From Octopus sinensis (taxonomy: Eukaryota), in contig NC_042998.1 in assembly GCF_006345805.1 (NCBI RefSeq), positions 180,544,001-180,608,000 of the forward strand: 64,000 nt of DNA. Direction: 5' to 3'. This document shows, piece after piece, positions 28,203 to 39,932 of this stretch. The notes under the pieces are model-generated. The model was given only the letters and a program-made list of their open reading frames with translations, did no database searches and was not told where the DNA came from. Positions within the stretch are counted from its first letter, which is position 1; the number at the start of each line of letters is the position of its first letter. Position numbers and translations under genes: made by a program.

Positions 28203-28545
28203 CTTTCAACTAACACTATCTCCTCCGAGACCCTGCGGCGCAAGTTAACCAAATTGTGAGTATGATAAAAGAAGGCTTGCTCTTTACTCCGTACAAGAAA
28301 AAATTCAAATCGGACCATGTTAATACCAAAAATTATTTACATCAAAAAGGCGCTTTTTTTTCTATGAAAATCCCTATTTTTTACAATTTTTTTACTACTG
28401 TGTCGCCATTTTTCGGTGTATTTCAACCAGAAGAATTTTCACTTAAAGAGAATAACAAGCTACATAATGGAAAATTTTTACTTTTCAAAAATTCCAATTC
28501 TAAAGGGTCGAAACAAACCCGAGCAACGCCGGGCGATACTGCTAG
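28128..28545 (+). mobile_element. Non-autonomous Helitron with internal (GATA)n
   Basis: 3' end acaaacccgagcaacgccgggcgatactgCTAG|t is near-identical to the 4327-4358 end; the body differs; 5' TC boundary approximate. Confidence 0.7.
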
Positions 28546-28590
28546 TTTTATGATAATTCTGCTTGTCATTAGGTTACTTACACCGTCGCT

Positions 28591-28860
28591 AACGCTTTCA
28601 CGTGATTAAAGAAAAAGAGGGAGAAAGGAAAGAAGGAGAGAGAGAAAAGGAAAGAAGAAGCGTCCATGGCGTGAGGTAGAGGGAATGTAATTGTAACGCT
28701 TTCACATGATTAGTTGAAGAGAAAGAGAGGAGAAAGCAAAAAGGAGAGAGAAAAGAGGATAAGGCGAAAAGTGAGACAGAATGAGTGAGAAAGAAAAGGA
28801 GGGAGAGAAAAGCGTCCATGACGTGAGGTAGGGGGAACGTAATATTTATTACGTGGTTTA
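28591..28860. repeat. Imperfect tandem duplication of a GA-rich unit
   Basis: aacgctttcac(g/a)tgatta at 28591 and 28695; agcgtccatg(g/a)cgtgaggtag at ~28659 and ~28811. Confidence 0.65.
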
Positions 28861-30810
28861 AAAAGTTAGTTGAAGGTAGAGGAGGAGAGTTAAAAATATA
28901 ATTTTAACAGAGGAGTGATGTTCTGATGGTGAAGTTAAAAAAGGCAGAGAGAGGATAGAGAGAGAGGTCAGAAAGAGGAGAGAGATGACGATGGTGGTGA
29001 TTGGATTGTGAAAAGTGTATTCTTTATAATTGAACTATTTTTATATCACTATCACTTAACGCATGCGCATATGTGCAATTCCGTGAAATATTCACGCTTA
29101 TTTACGTGACAGATATCTGCGATTTAACTAAAGTTTTATGAGATGTACAGAATATTTTTTATGGAAAAATGGAAAAATAAGAGCGAATATCAATTTTATG
29201 AGTGCTGAGTATTCGGTTTATAAAATTGTGCATATATTATATAAAATGTATATATAAAGTATATTAAGTAATCATCATATTCTAATTTCTTTCACTTTTC
29301 AATGAGTAGCAAATGAGCAACCATCTTTCCATACAGATACAACACAGGATACAATTTCAAGGTTTTTGGATGAAGTTTTCAGAAATAACCCGATAGGTTT
29401 ACCATTAATTCACGGGTCCCGCTAGTAATAGAATTATACCTGAAAACATGTATTTCAGTGCCTTGTACGTGTTTAAATTTTTCAAAATAACCATGGAATT
29501 TCCAGAGGTACGTGTAGTGATAAATACATAATCCTCTACTACGCCTTGAATTAAGTATATATTTTGAATTGAGTATATATTTTGAATGTAAACGTAATCG
29601 TTCGGTTCATATTGAAGAGAAACATACATAGCAAGATATCACTACGTGGCATTCTTCATTAAATAATTTATGAAAGAGGTGAATTTGTATTGTCAGAAAC
29701 AAAATGATGATTAACGTAATTCTGGAATATACGATAAGTTGCAGTAACAGATGATAGAATACATTGCTTGAAAATTGAACACTATTTTGAATGACAGTCA
29801 GTGGAGGTTGAAATGCTGTCAATTAGGGATTGTGCTATTTTTCCACTTTGCCTAATATGCTATTGATTGTATGAGACGAATTACATCAGTTATAAGACTG
29901 TTTTGGAAACTGTAGTTACGACTGTTAATGTATAGCAACAGAAATACAAAACAAAATTTCTCTGATGTAGCGTTCCAAATGTTAAAATGTTAAAAATGCT
30001 AAATGTTTCCATGACTTCTGGATAGTATAAAGTTCGGCAGTTTTGCGATGTAATAGTTTTGGAGAAAGAAGTCCTTTGGTGATTTCGTTCTTTCGACAAA
30101 AAATAAAAGATGAAAAATAACATAATTCCAATTAAAAAGAAGCAATTTTCAACAAAATACGCTGTTTGATCTTTCGATGTCAAACAGCCTTACGTATCAT
30201 TGTTGATTTTTCTTTGTTAAATTTCTTTGTTGATTTCCGATTGAATACATTAACACGAGGAATTAAATGAGGTGGGAATTTAAACATGTCAGTAATAATG
30301 GGATGCAGAAAATGAATGGTAAATAACTGAATATAATTTGTGTAAAAGGGAAAAAAAACAATTCAATATATGCCCCTGATGCGCACTTAAATATATTTGG
30401 TATATATGGGTAGCTGAGTGCCATCAATACAAGCGAGTACAAGACATCCAAGAGAAAGCTATGGTTATAATGGATTTCTTCAGTCCACTCAATGTGTTTA
30501 CAAGGATTTCGTCGCAATTTAGAATAACCACCTTGGCTTTCTCCTAAATTACCAGAGCCGTCATGCAAAGAGTGGTGCTGAAAAGTAAGTCACTTACTAA
30601 ATCCACCATGGAAAATTTCTTATGAGTAATGCCGAGTTTAATTTTATGTCTCTATTCCTAGTTTTGTAAATCTATTGTCCTTATGTTAACACTGATAACC
30701 GTTTTTCCCGTAGTCACTAAAGGTACTTTATAAGTATAAAGTAGCTTCCGCGGAACCATATTCGGACTTGAGCACTACACTCCAAGTTCGATATATTACT
30801 CCAGATTAAA

Positions 30811-31318
30811 GGCGACGAGCTTGCAGAATCCTTAGAACAATCGCAAAATGCTTAGTCACATTTCGTTTGTCTTTACGTTTTAGGGCGCGTGGCTTAATGG
30901 TTAGGGCATTCGGCTCACGATTGTAAGGTCTTGAGTTCGATTCTCGGCGACGTGTTGTGTCCTTGAGCAAGACACTTTATTTCACGTTGCTCCAGTCCAC
31001 TCAGCTGGCAAAAATGAGTTGTCACACTCTGTGTCACGCTGAATCTCCCTGACAACTACGTTAGGGGTACACGAGTCTGTGGATTGCTCAGTCACTTGCA
31101 TGTTAATTTCACGAGCAAGCTGTTCCGTTGATCACATCAGCTGGGACCCTCGTTGTTGTAACCGACGGAGTGCTCAAGGTTTAAATTCCACCGAAGTCGA
31201 CTTGGCCCATCATCCTTTTGGGATCGATAAAATAAGTACCGGTTGAATAACGGGGCCCATTTAATCGAATTGTCTCGCTTCCCCGAAATTGCTGGCCTTG
31301 TGCCAAAATTTGAAACAC
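30811..31318 (+). mobile_element. SINE family C (tail 2) split by an inserted family B SINE
   Basis: Head 30811-30880, resuming at ~31176 (ggtttaaattccaccgaagtcgac..ataagtacc..ttgtgccaaaatttgaaac). Confidence 0.8.
30883..31175 (+). mobile_element. SINE family B, tail type 1
   Basis: A-box TGGCTTAATGG, B-box GAGTTCGATTC, CORE-like 'gtgtccttgagcaagacactt'; tail homologous to 61712-61870 (-). Confidence 0.85.
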
Positions 31319-31336
31319 TATTACTCCAGCTTAGAA

Positions 31337-31525
31337 GGCAGCGAGCTGGCGGAGCCGTTAGCACGCCGGGCAAAATGCTAAGCGACATTTTGTTTCTCCC
31401 TACGTTCTTAGTTCAAATTTCGCCAAAGTGACTTTGCATTTCAGGGTTCGGAGTCGATAAAATAAGTACCAGTTGAACACTCCCATCTTCAAAATTGTCG
31501 GCTTTGTGCCAAAGCATAAAACGAA
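31337..31525 (+). mobile_element. SINE family C (tail 2), tandem to previous copy
   Basis: ggcagcgagctggc head, core, ttgtgccaaa tail; flanked by tattact(c/g)cagcttagaa repeats. Confidence 0.85.
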
Positions 31526-31933
31526 TATTACTGCAGCTTAGAACTATGGACTAAGATAGGCTATGCTCTATATATATAGATCAAAGAAAGCTCGATTTCC
31601 CAAAGTATTTTGTCCATAACGGCAGAAAAGTATGATTATCAACATTACAAAGCAATCCACTTCTCAATATGTTCTGTGATATGACTTCGACACATCTATT
31701 CGTGCATTCGTATCTACTCAGTGAAGCACACATTTATCCGGAATAAAATGAAATCCGCACAAATTCTAAAATTAATTTAACTGCTTAATTTTTTTTAAAT
31801 AAATGTATACATACTTTTATTTATCCTTTTATTTATCAATATCCTTTGTAATTACTCTTCTAAGCATGCATATTTACTGCTCGTTCCAAGCAAGACATAT
31901 ATCACTTATTTGCAACGGCAATATGCATATACA

Positions 31934-31985
<52 letters not shown>

Positions 31986-32204
31986 TATATCACAACTTAT
32001 AAGACTGTGCAGTTGTGTGCGTGTGTAAGTATTTATATATGTATACACATACATAATACATATATATGGGTATGTGTATGCTGATTTATAAATATATATA
32101 TATGTGTGTGTGTGCGTGTATGCGTGTGCATTTATTCACGATATAATTTCTATTAAATTATATTTACTTATATGCATACATGCATATATATGCATAAACA
32201 TTAT

Positions 32205-32260
32205 TATAACTGTTGTTGTTATTGTTGGTATTATTATTTTTATTTCATTATCATTATTAA

Positions 32261-32324
<64 letters not shown>

Positions 32325-32372
32325 GTTGTTGTTGTTGTTGTTGTTGTGTTGTTAGAATTATTATTATTATCA
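32205..32372. repeat. (TTA)n/(TTG)n repeat
   Basis: Directly visible. Confidence 0.9.
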
Positions 32373-32637
32373 TATACGTATATAATTTATATTTATAATT
32401 ATATTAGATGCCTGCCATTAATACATTTTTAAAACGTTAACTTCAAATATATACACGTGTATGTATGTGTGCGCGCGCACACGCATGTTTCATGATATCA
32501 AAACAATGCTAGCAACTACGATTAACTGGAAATAAAGACACTAGTAATTTTTTGACGAAATAAATCGATATATCTCATACTTCTACTCATAGATGTGTGT
32601 TTGCAAACATATAAACAAACTCACTTCAAACACACAC

Positions 32638-32732
<95 letters not shown>
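32638..32732. repeat. (GATA)n microsatellite
   Basis: Directly visible. Confidence 0.95.
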
Positions 32733-32861
32733 TGTAAATTTACCTAAGGGAAATAAGTCAAGTGAGTCAATGTTGTGATCCGTGCATGTTTGCCTACGTA
32801 GATATGCGAGTATATACAGATTCGTTTGCATGCATTCATATAATGATATACACCAAAGAGT

Positions 32862-32912
<51 letters not shown>

Positions 32913-33202
32913 TTTCGTTTATATACGTTAGTGGAACGACACAAAGACAAGGATATTATAACTTGTGAACATCCTCTATCAACGTTCTGCATGCAGCTAT
33001 CATTTTAACTTTTATGGCATCTTACATATTATATAAGAATAAATGGTTTCGTTTTGTGATTTTTCATATCATTCCAATCAACCGCCAACTTTTGAATATC
33101 CTTAATTCCACAAGGAAGTTATTATCAATACTGTCAGTAAAATCTCCCATATTATCGTTTCGTTTACTTATAACAAGCATACACATACATACACACACAC
33201 TT

Positions 33203-33252
<50 letters not shown>

Positions 33253-33385
33253 AGATACATATATAACTGTATTCCTTTAAATATGTATATGTATAATTAA
33301 TTATCCATCCATCTATTTATCGATATGTATGTATATATATATATATATATGGAAGAATATGATGCGTGTATGTATGTACATATGC

Positions 33386-33441
<56 letters not shown>

Positions 33442-33447
33442 CATTCA

Positions 33448-33504
<57 letters not shown>

Positions 33505-34149
33505 TCATATATACTCTTAGATACGTGCGTTCATATCTGCGTTTTTGTATCTGCATGCGTATCTATTTGGGCGTCACTAAACGAAAAGAAGAAATAAATT
33601 ATGTAAAGACTTAAATATATATCTAATAAAGAAACAGAAAGAGATACAGCAATTAAAGAGAAAAAAAAAGCGAAAAGAAAAACATTAAAAATAACGTGAG
33701 ACTAAGGTAGAGAAGCAGTGAAGACAGGAAGACAGAGGAATAGTGAGTCATTCATTGTATGAATAATCTTTCTTCGAGATAAGCTTGTATATGACATTCG
33801 GATTGTTAGATTAAATTGTTGTATTTTGTCATCGGACATCCGTTGCTTGCGGGGATCTGTGCATATTATCCACCGATCCAAAAACAAGAGCCGTAGGTTT
33901 TCTCATTAGTAGCTTAGGACATCGAATCCTCTGCTGTTTTTATTTGCCCTCAAGATCTGTAACCGAAACGAAGGATATTAGAAAATATATTTTACCAATG
34001 AACAGTAATATAAATAATCCAGCTATACAGACATAACCACATTCAATTACGCACACAGGCGTAATTTATCAGAAAAATGAAACAGAAAGAAGGAGGATGG
34101 AATGGAGAAAGTATAAATGCTTGACGAAGGAGAAAATAGTAAATTATTG

Positions 34150-34390
34150 ATTCTGGCAGAATCGTTAGTGCATCGGGGAAAAAAAAAAAACAAAAAAAAA
34201 CATTTTTCTGTATTTTTCCCAGCTGTTTATTTTATATTCTGAGTTCAAATTCCACCGAGCCCCACTTTGTTTTTCATCCTTTCGGGTTCGATAAAATAAG
34301 TACCTGAAGATCACAGAGATTGATGTAAATGACTAGTCTCTCCTATCATTAAAAATGTTGGTCTTGTGCCGAAATTTCAAACCATTATTA
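34150..34390 (+). mobile_element. Degenerate SINE family C (tail 2)
   Basis: ctggcagaatcgttag, gagttcaaattccaccgag, tttcatcctttcgggttcgataaaataagtacc, ttgtgccgaaatttcaaacc. Confidence 0.75.
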
Positions 34391-34515
34391 TAATTTCATC
34401 ATTTTGGGGTAGTCAAAATAATTACCAGTTGTGTACTGGGGTGGTGTAGTCGGCTAGTTCCCACTACAAAAGCACAAAATTTCACATCATTTGCTATAGT
34501 ATAAATAATTAATGT

Positions 34516-34516
<1 letters not shown>

Positions 34517-34584
<68 letters not shown>
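34517..34584. repeat. (AGT)n microsatellite
   Basis: Directly visible. Confidence 0.95.
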
Positions 34585-35195
34585 TATGCTACAAGTATTA
34601 TGGGGGTGTGCGAATGAATGTGTGTGTGTGGGTGTGGGTGTGTGTGTGTATCTATGTTCTCGTTAAAGTTTCTACCGACAACGCACTTATTTAATGTCGT
34701 CCACGTTTACAAAGACGGAATCTGCACAAATACTTAGGAATATTTTGACTTCATTGTAAGTAAACTGAAACGGTAACTCGTACACATATCTCTACGGTAT
34801 GCAAATGTCAAAACTTAGCAGATATATTCACAATAAGTATTCGTTTTATGATACTATTATTTAAACATTAGGCGTGTCTTGGTATCATGTGTTCATTGAT
34901 TATTCTACAGACTTATTATTTTCCTCATGCGCATATGCATAATCTAACGCACAAATACATACACAGACACACACGCACATGCACACGTATATATACATAT
35001 ATACATATATGTATATGAAAATACACATATATATGTATACACATACATACATATATACATACACGTATATATACATACATATGTATACATATTTATGCAT
35101 ATAATATAAAATATTATGTATATGTATATATACATACATATATGTATATATATATAAATATATATATATATATTATATATATATAATATGTATAT

Positions 35196-35270
<75 letters not shown>

Positions 35271-35286
35271 TGTGTGTGTGTGTGTG

Positions 35287-35317
<31 letters not shown>

Positions 35318-35732
35318 ATCAGATGGTTATGGAAAAATTGCTAGGAAGTTATGGGCCTGCGAACTTAATGTAAATACACTAGGTTCTCACACATGTTATA
35401 TAATGATTTGGAAGGTTTATATAAATACTTACATATGCACAGATACATAAAAAAATAAATCGCTCAAATGGAGACTCGCTAACATATCTACAATTGCATG
35501 CAACAAATGCAAACACCATATTACAAAAATGATGAGATTAACCAATGAAGTCCCGAGATAAACACCACCCAATCAATAAATACGGAAAACTAACAAATAA
35601 ATACATCCAAGGGACTGCTCACACAGACACACACAAATACACACAGACACACAAGCACACATAAACACAAACACACACACCCCAAAGGAACTAAGTACAA
35701 TCCCAATACCGAGCTGCAACAGTTCTTTCATA

Positions 35733-35816
35733 AAAGTTTCTCTTATCACATGAGTTTTACACCACTGCGATCTTAAGATCGCAGTGGTGTAAAACTCATG
35801 CGATAAAAGAAACTTT
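35733..35816. repeat. Spacerless 84-bp palindrome (inner 52 bp perfect)
   Basis: 35733-35774 is the reverse complement of 35775-35816 with 2 mismatches; centre TT|AA. Confidence 0.95.
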
Positions 35817-36252
35817 CAGTTCCCATAAAAAACAAGTTATATTCTCTACAACATATATTGATCACTACTGTTTTATTTGTCTGATATAAAATAATATACT
35901 TCCTACTTAGCCATATTAATATATATAAATGTAACTACAAGTAGAAAGATATATTTTCAACACATAAATACTGAACAGTATATATATGTAGGATAAAGTA
36001 CTTTAAGAGCATTTGTCGGCAACCAGTAGCCATGATAATCAAACTCATACCCCTCTAATAACCGGTTAGAGTGCTGTATATTTAAGCTAAACTGCGGACC
36101 AACAAATTCTTCTGCAATTTAAGAATTTATGAAATCATCCAGAAACTCTAGACATTTACGTCAATTATAAACAAACATAAGTTTGTTTAAGAAGCGTCGA
36201 AATGTAGTATAGAACAAAAGAAATATATATTTTCGAAAGCGTATATATATAT

Positions 36253-36420
36253 ATATACGACAAGATTCCTTCAGTTTCCGTCTACCAAATCCACTCACAA
36301 GGCTTTGGTCGATCCGAGGCTATAGTAGAAGACTCTTGCCCAAGGTGCCACGCAGTGGGACTGAGCTCGGAGTCATGTGGTTGGTAAGCAAGCTACATAC
36401 CATACAGCCACTCCTACGCC
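36253..36420 (-). mobile_element. SINE family A, 5' half only
   Basis: Head through 'gtcgtata', ending exactly at the internal microsatellite position. Confidence 0.88.
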
Positions 36421-36432
36421 TATATATATATA

Positions 36433-36760
36433 TGGCTCAGTGGTTAGAGCGTCGAGCTTACAATCATGAGGTTGTGAGCTCGAATCCCGGACCGAGATGC
36501 GTGTTGTGTTCTTGAGCAAGACACTTTATTTCACGTTGCTCCAGTTCATTCAGCTGTAGAAATGAGTTGCGCCGTCACAGGTGCCAAGCTGTATTGGCCT
36601 TTGCCTTTCCCTTGGATAACACTGGTGGTGTGGAGAGGGGAGACCAGTATGCATGGGCGACTGCTGGTCTTCCATAAACAACCTTGCCCGGACTTGTGCC
36701 TGAGAGGGTAACTTTCTAGGTGCAATCTCATGGTCTGTGTCGTGACCGAAGGGTGTCTCA
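36433..36760 (+). mobile_element. SINE family B, tail type 2
   Basis: TGGCTCAGTGG A-box, degenerate B-box GAGCTCGAATCC, CORE-like segment; homologous to 42532-42850. Confidence 0.88.
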
Positions 36761-36770
36761 CATATATATA

Positions 36771-36805
<35 letters not shown>

Positions 36806-36976
36806 GGCGCAGGAGTGGCTGTGTGGTAAGTAGCTTGTTTACCAAACACATGGTTCCGGGTTCAGTCCCACTGCGTGGCATCTTGGGCAAGTGTCTTCTG
36901 CTATAGACCTGGGCCGACCAATGCCTTGTGAGTGGATTTGGGAGACGGAAACTGAAAGAAGCCTGTCGTATATATG

Positions 36977-37012
<36 letters not shown>

Positions 37013-37210
37013 GATTTGTGTGTCTGCATTGCTTAACAACCGATGCTGGTGTGTTTACGTCCCCGTCACTTAGCGGTTCGGCAAAGGAGACCGATAGAAT
37101 AAGTACTCGGCTTACAAAGAATAAGTCCCGGTGTCGATTTGATCGACTAAAGGCGGTGCTCCAGCATGGCCGCAGTCAAACGACTGAAACAAGTAAAAGA
37201 GAAAAAAGAG
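36806..37210 (+). mobile_element. SINE family A, full length
   Basis: GGCGCAGGAGTGGCTGTGTGG head, GGTTCAGTCCC B-box, internal (TA)(TG), tail aagtaaaagag. Confidence 0.92.
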
Positions 37211-37244
37211 TATATATATATATATACACACACACATACATATA

Positions 37245-37289
<45 letters not shown>

Positions 37290-39366
37290 GAGCACGCACG
37301 GACACAAAGTCTCCCTCTCTCACACATATATGTATCTAAATCCAATGCATCAGCATGTATAACTACGAAAGTGCATGCGTTTACACGTTATGCATTTTGT
37401 CACACATGAGTAAATTTTCATATATTCGTTGTATGCTATGCACTTTTATGCGAGTACCTACATTAATATATTTTCGTATGAGTGTATATGTGTGTGTCCA
37501 TGGGTGTTTGTGTTTGTGAGTGAGCGCATGTGCATGCGTGAGAGTGAAAGCGTGTGCGCGTGTGTGTTGCTATGAGTGCGAGTGTAGTCAAAGGCAGTTA
37601 TGTTGTTTAATATTAATGAAGCAGGGCAAGTTAATTTACATTTTTGGCGAGAATCTCTAGTCATAGTACAGCATCATTTTATTGAATTGTCTAACGTACA
37701 TCAGATATTCCTACACAGATATTATGTAGTAAAGTGAAGCTAATTTAATTTACTGTAGCACTTTATGACTAAGTATTTGTGTATTATATTAATCTTTCCT
37801 TATTCCATTACGGCATCTTGAATAATTTCGAATTTACCATTATTCTGCTATTCATTTCAACGGTTTTAAGTTCTAGTCTTATCAGTAGGAATTTTACACG
37901 ATTTTAAGCTTGGCCCAGTAACCCATATTTTCATTCTTGAACACAAGCAAAGAAAAAAGAACTTGTCCTTTTGTGATTATAGCTCTGTATCGAGCATTAC
38001 CTTGGAGTGGCGAGTGATATCTTAAAGGAACGACGAACACTGCATTTAAGACGTTAGAAGTACTGTTCCTATTCGTGTATTGTAGAATTAATATTCCACA
38101 CTGTTTATATGTTCATTTACTATTTATCGTTTCATTCTTGACAGATTCGTAAATATAAGTTATTCTTCAGGTGTATTTGGATTTTTCGATGAGAAATCAC
38201 ATACTAATCAACATGCTCTCTTTTTTCTCTATTTCTTCCTTTACAAACTACACATTAGTTTACATTTCTTATTCATGGCAATAATGCACAAAGAAAATTT
38301 GGGTGAGAAGTGCTGTCCATTGGCCCGGGAAAATTTGTAATGCAAAGAGTACGACAAAGAAGTGCAATACGTAATTCAGCTGTTCAAATATACAAGAGGT
38401 AATTGCAAGTCAGAAAGGTAAACAATTTCTCAGCTACGAAGAAACGGCTACAATTCAACCTGCAGAATGAAGACGGGGAATACTTCAAGAAGGCAAAATT
38501 TGACGTGAAATGGAGAGAAAAGGAAATGATGACAAAAATAAGAAGCCTAAAAAGAAAGAAAGAAGGTTTCGGTTTGAAAGACACATAAATCAAGAACGGC
38601 GAAATGAAATGCCTAAAGAAAAAAAACAGCAAGGATTGGAAAAGGAAAGAAATAACCAAAAGACTTCAAACAAAGGAAGCACAAAAAAAGTTAATTGCTG
38701 GAGATAAATCGAGGATTTTATTGTTCGCGAAATTTAGGAAACAAGAATCGGAACAAGAGAAAGTAATGGAAATACTATTCAAAATAGAAGAAATGCGCAA
38801 GACCAGAACACTAAAGTCATCAGCAATGCTTTTCAAAAGAATTGCTTTTTTTTGTTTCTTTTTTTTTTTTGCCTTTTACTTTTTTCCATTCATGTGGGTT
38901 TATGAATATTGTTTGATAATCTTTTAGCGGCAAACGGTAAATCGAAAATATTTTGTCACAAAGATGAAATCATATTAACTAACCGAAGAGAAACACCACA
39001 TTTGCTATATATATTTAGCAACTCCCAAAGTCCCAGTTAGAAACATTTCAAAGACAACAGCAGTTTTTTGCACCTCCCCATTTTCTTCTTGTTCACTAGG
39101 AGATCAGATATCTTATTTCAGGCATGTTCATGGATAAATCTACCATTGTACCAGCAATCTGAATCTTTCTAGATCTCCTCATTTTATCCAGGTTACAATA
39201 AGTGGTTCGAAATGGCCTATGATATTAATTATATTATAGATTCACAATAATAAACAGTGTATTCCTCAAATTGTGACTACTTTAAATTAAGTTATTAGGG
39301 GTGAATAAAATCCTAGAATTTGAAAATGAGGAAATTCAACAGGAGAAACTAGAACAACGACTGTAA

Positions 39367-39555
39367 ATACAGTTCTATATTTAAGAGATAGGGAATTATG
39401 TACATTATTTACATTATTTCCATTTGACAGATATTTGTCCTCATCTTGTTTGTTGTTAACACAACGTTCTGGCTGTTAAACCCTCCAGCCTTCATCATGT
39501 GTCTTGGGGAAATTTCGAACCTGGTTTCTCATTCCAAATGTATTTTTGATGTTGT

Positions 39556-39586
<31 letters not shown>

Positions 39587-39611
39587 TTTGTTGTTGTTGT
39601 TGTTGTTGTTG

Positions 39612-39671
<60 letters not shown>

Positions 39672-39932
39672 TCACTGCCTGGAATCGAATTCGGAATCTT
39701 GGGGTTAAGAGTGCGGGCTACTAACCCCAAGATTCCGAGTTCGATTCAAGGCAGTGACCTGAATAATAACAATAATAATAATAATAATAATAATAACAAC
39801 GTCAAAAAATACCTTAGGAATGAGAACCTAGGTTCGAAATTTACCCTAGATACATGATGAAGGCTGGAGGGTATATCAGCCGAAATAAGATGAGAACAAA
39901 TATCTGTCAAATGTAAATTATGTGAATAATGT
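39367..39932. mobile_element. Family D: head-to-head palindrome of a tRNA-headed SINE-like element with hammerhead-ribozyme/PLE pLTR-like 3' end
   Basis: Left arm ~39400-39707 is the reverse complement of right arm 39722-39932, with a 14-nt spacer. Each arm has a B-box (GAGTTCGATTC on the right), (AAT/AAC)n and TGATGA-aggctg..cagcc-GAAA. Segment 39367-39508 matches 52019-52158. Confidence 0.85.
39847..39885 (+). ncRNA. Degenerate minimal type-I hammerhead ribozyme (right arm)
   Basis: agatac aTGATGA a ggctg gagggtatat cagcc GAAA; C3 mutated to A, stem III/I 3' strand deleted. Confidence 0.55.

Noticed and set aside
29850-30200. Possible hAT dimerisation-domain relic on the minus strand
   Set aside because: Resemblance too weak and no TIRs found.
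30794-31543. Direct repeats with spacers resembling a CRISPR array
   Set aside because: Eukaryotic context; the spacers are 190-510-bp SINEs and the repeats are target-site duplications.
36433-36500. tRNA gene-like sequences (also 30883, 36806, 39703, 42532)
   Set aside because: A/B boxes are present but there is no complete acceptor stem, and each continues into a repeated SINE body.
38384-38927. Lys/Glu/Arg-rich overlapping ORFs
   Set aside because: Purine-rich low complexity with frame breaks and no diagnostic motif; may be TE debris.
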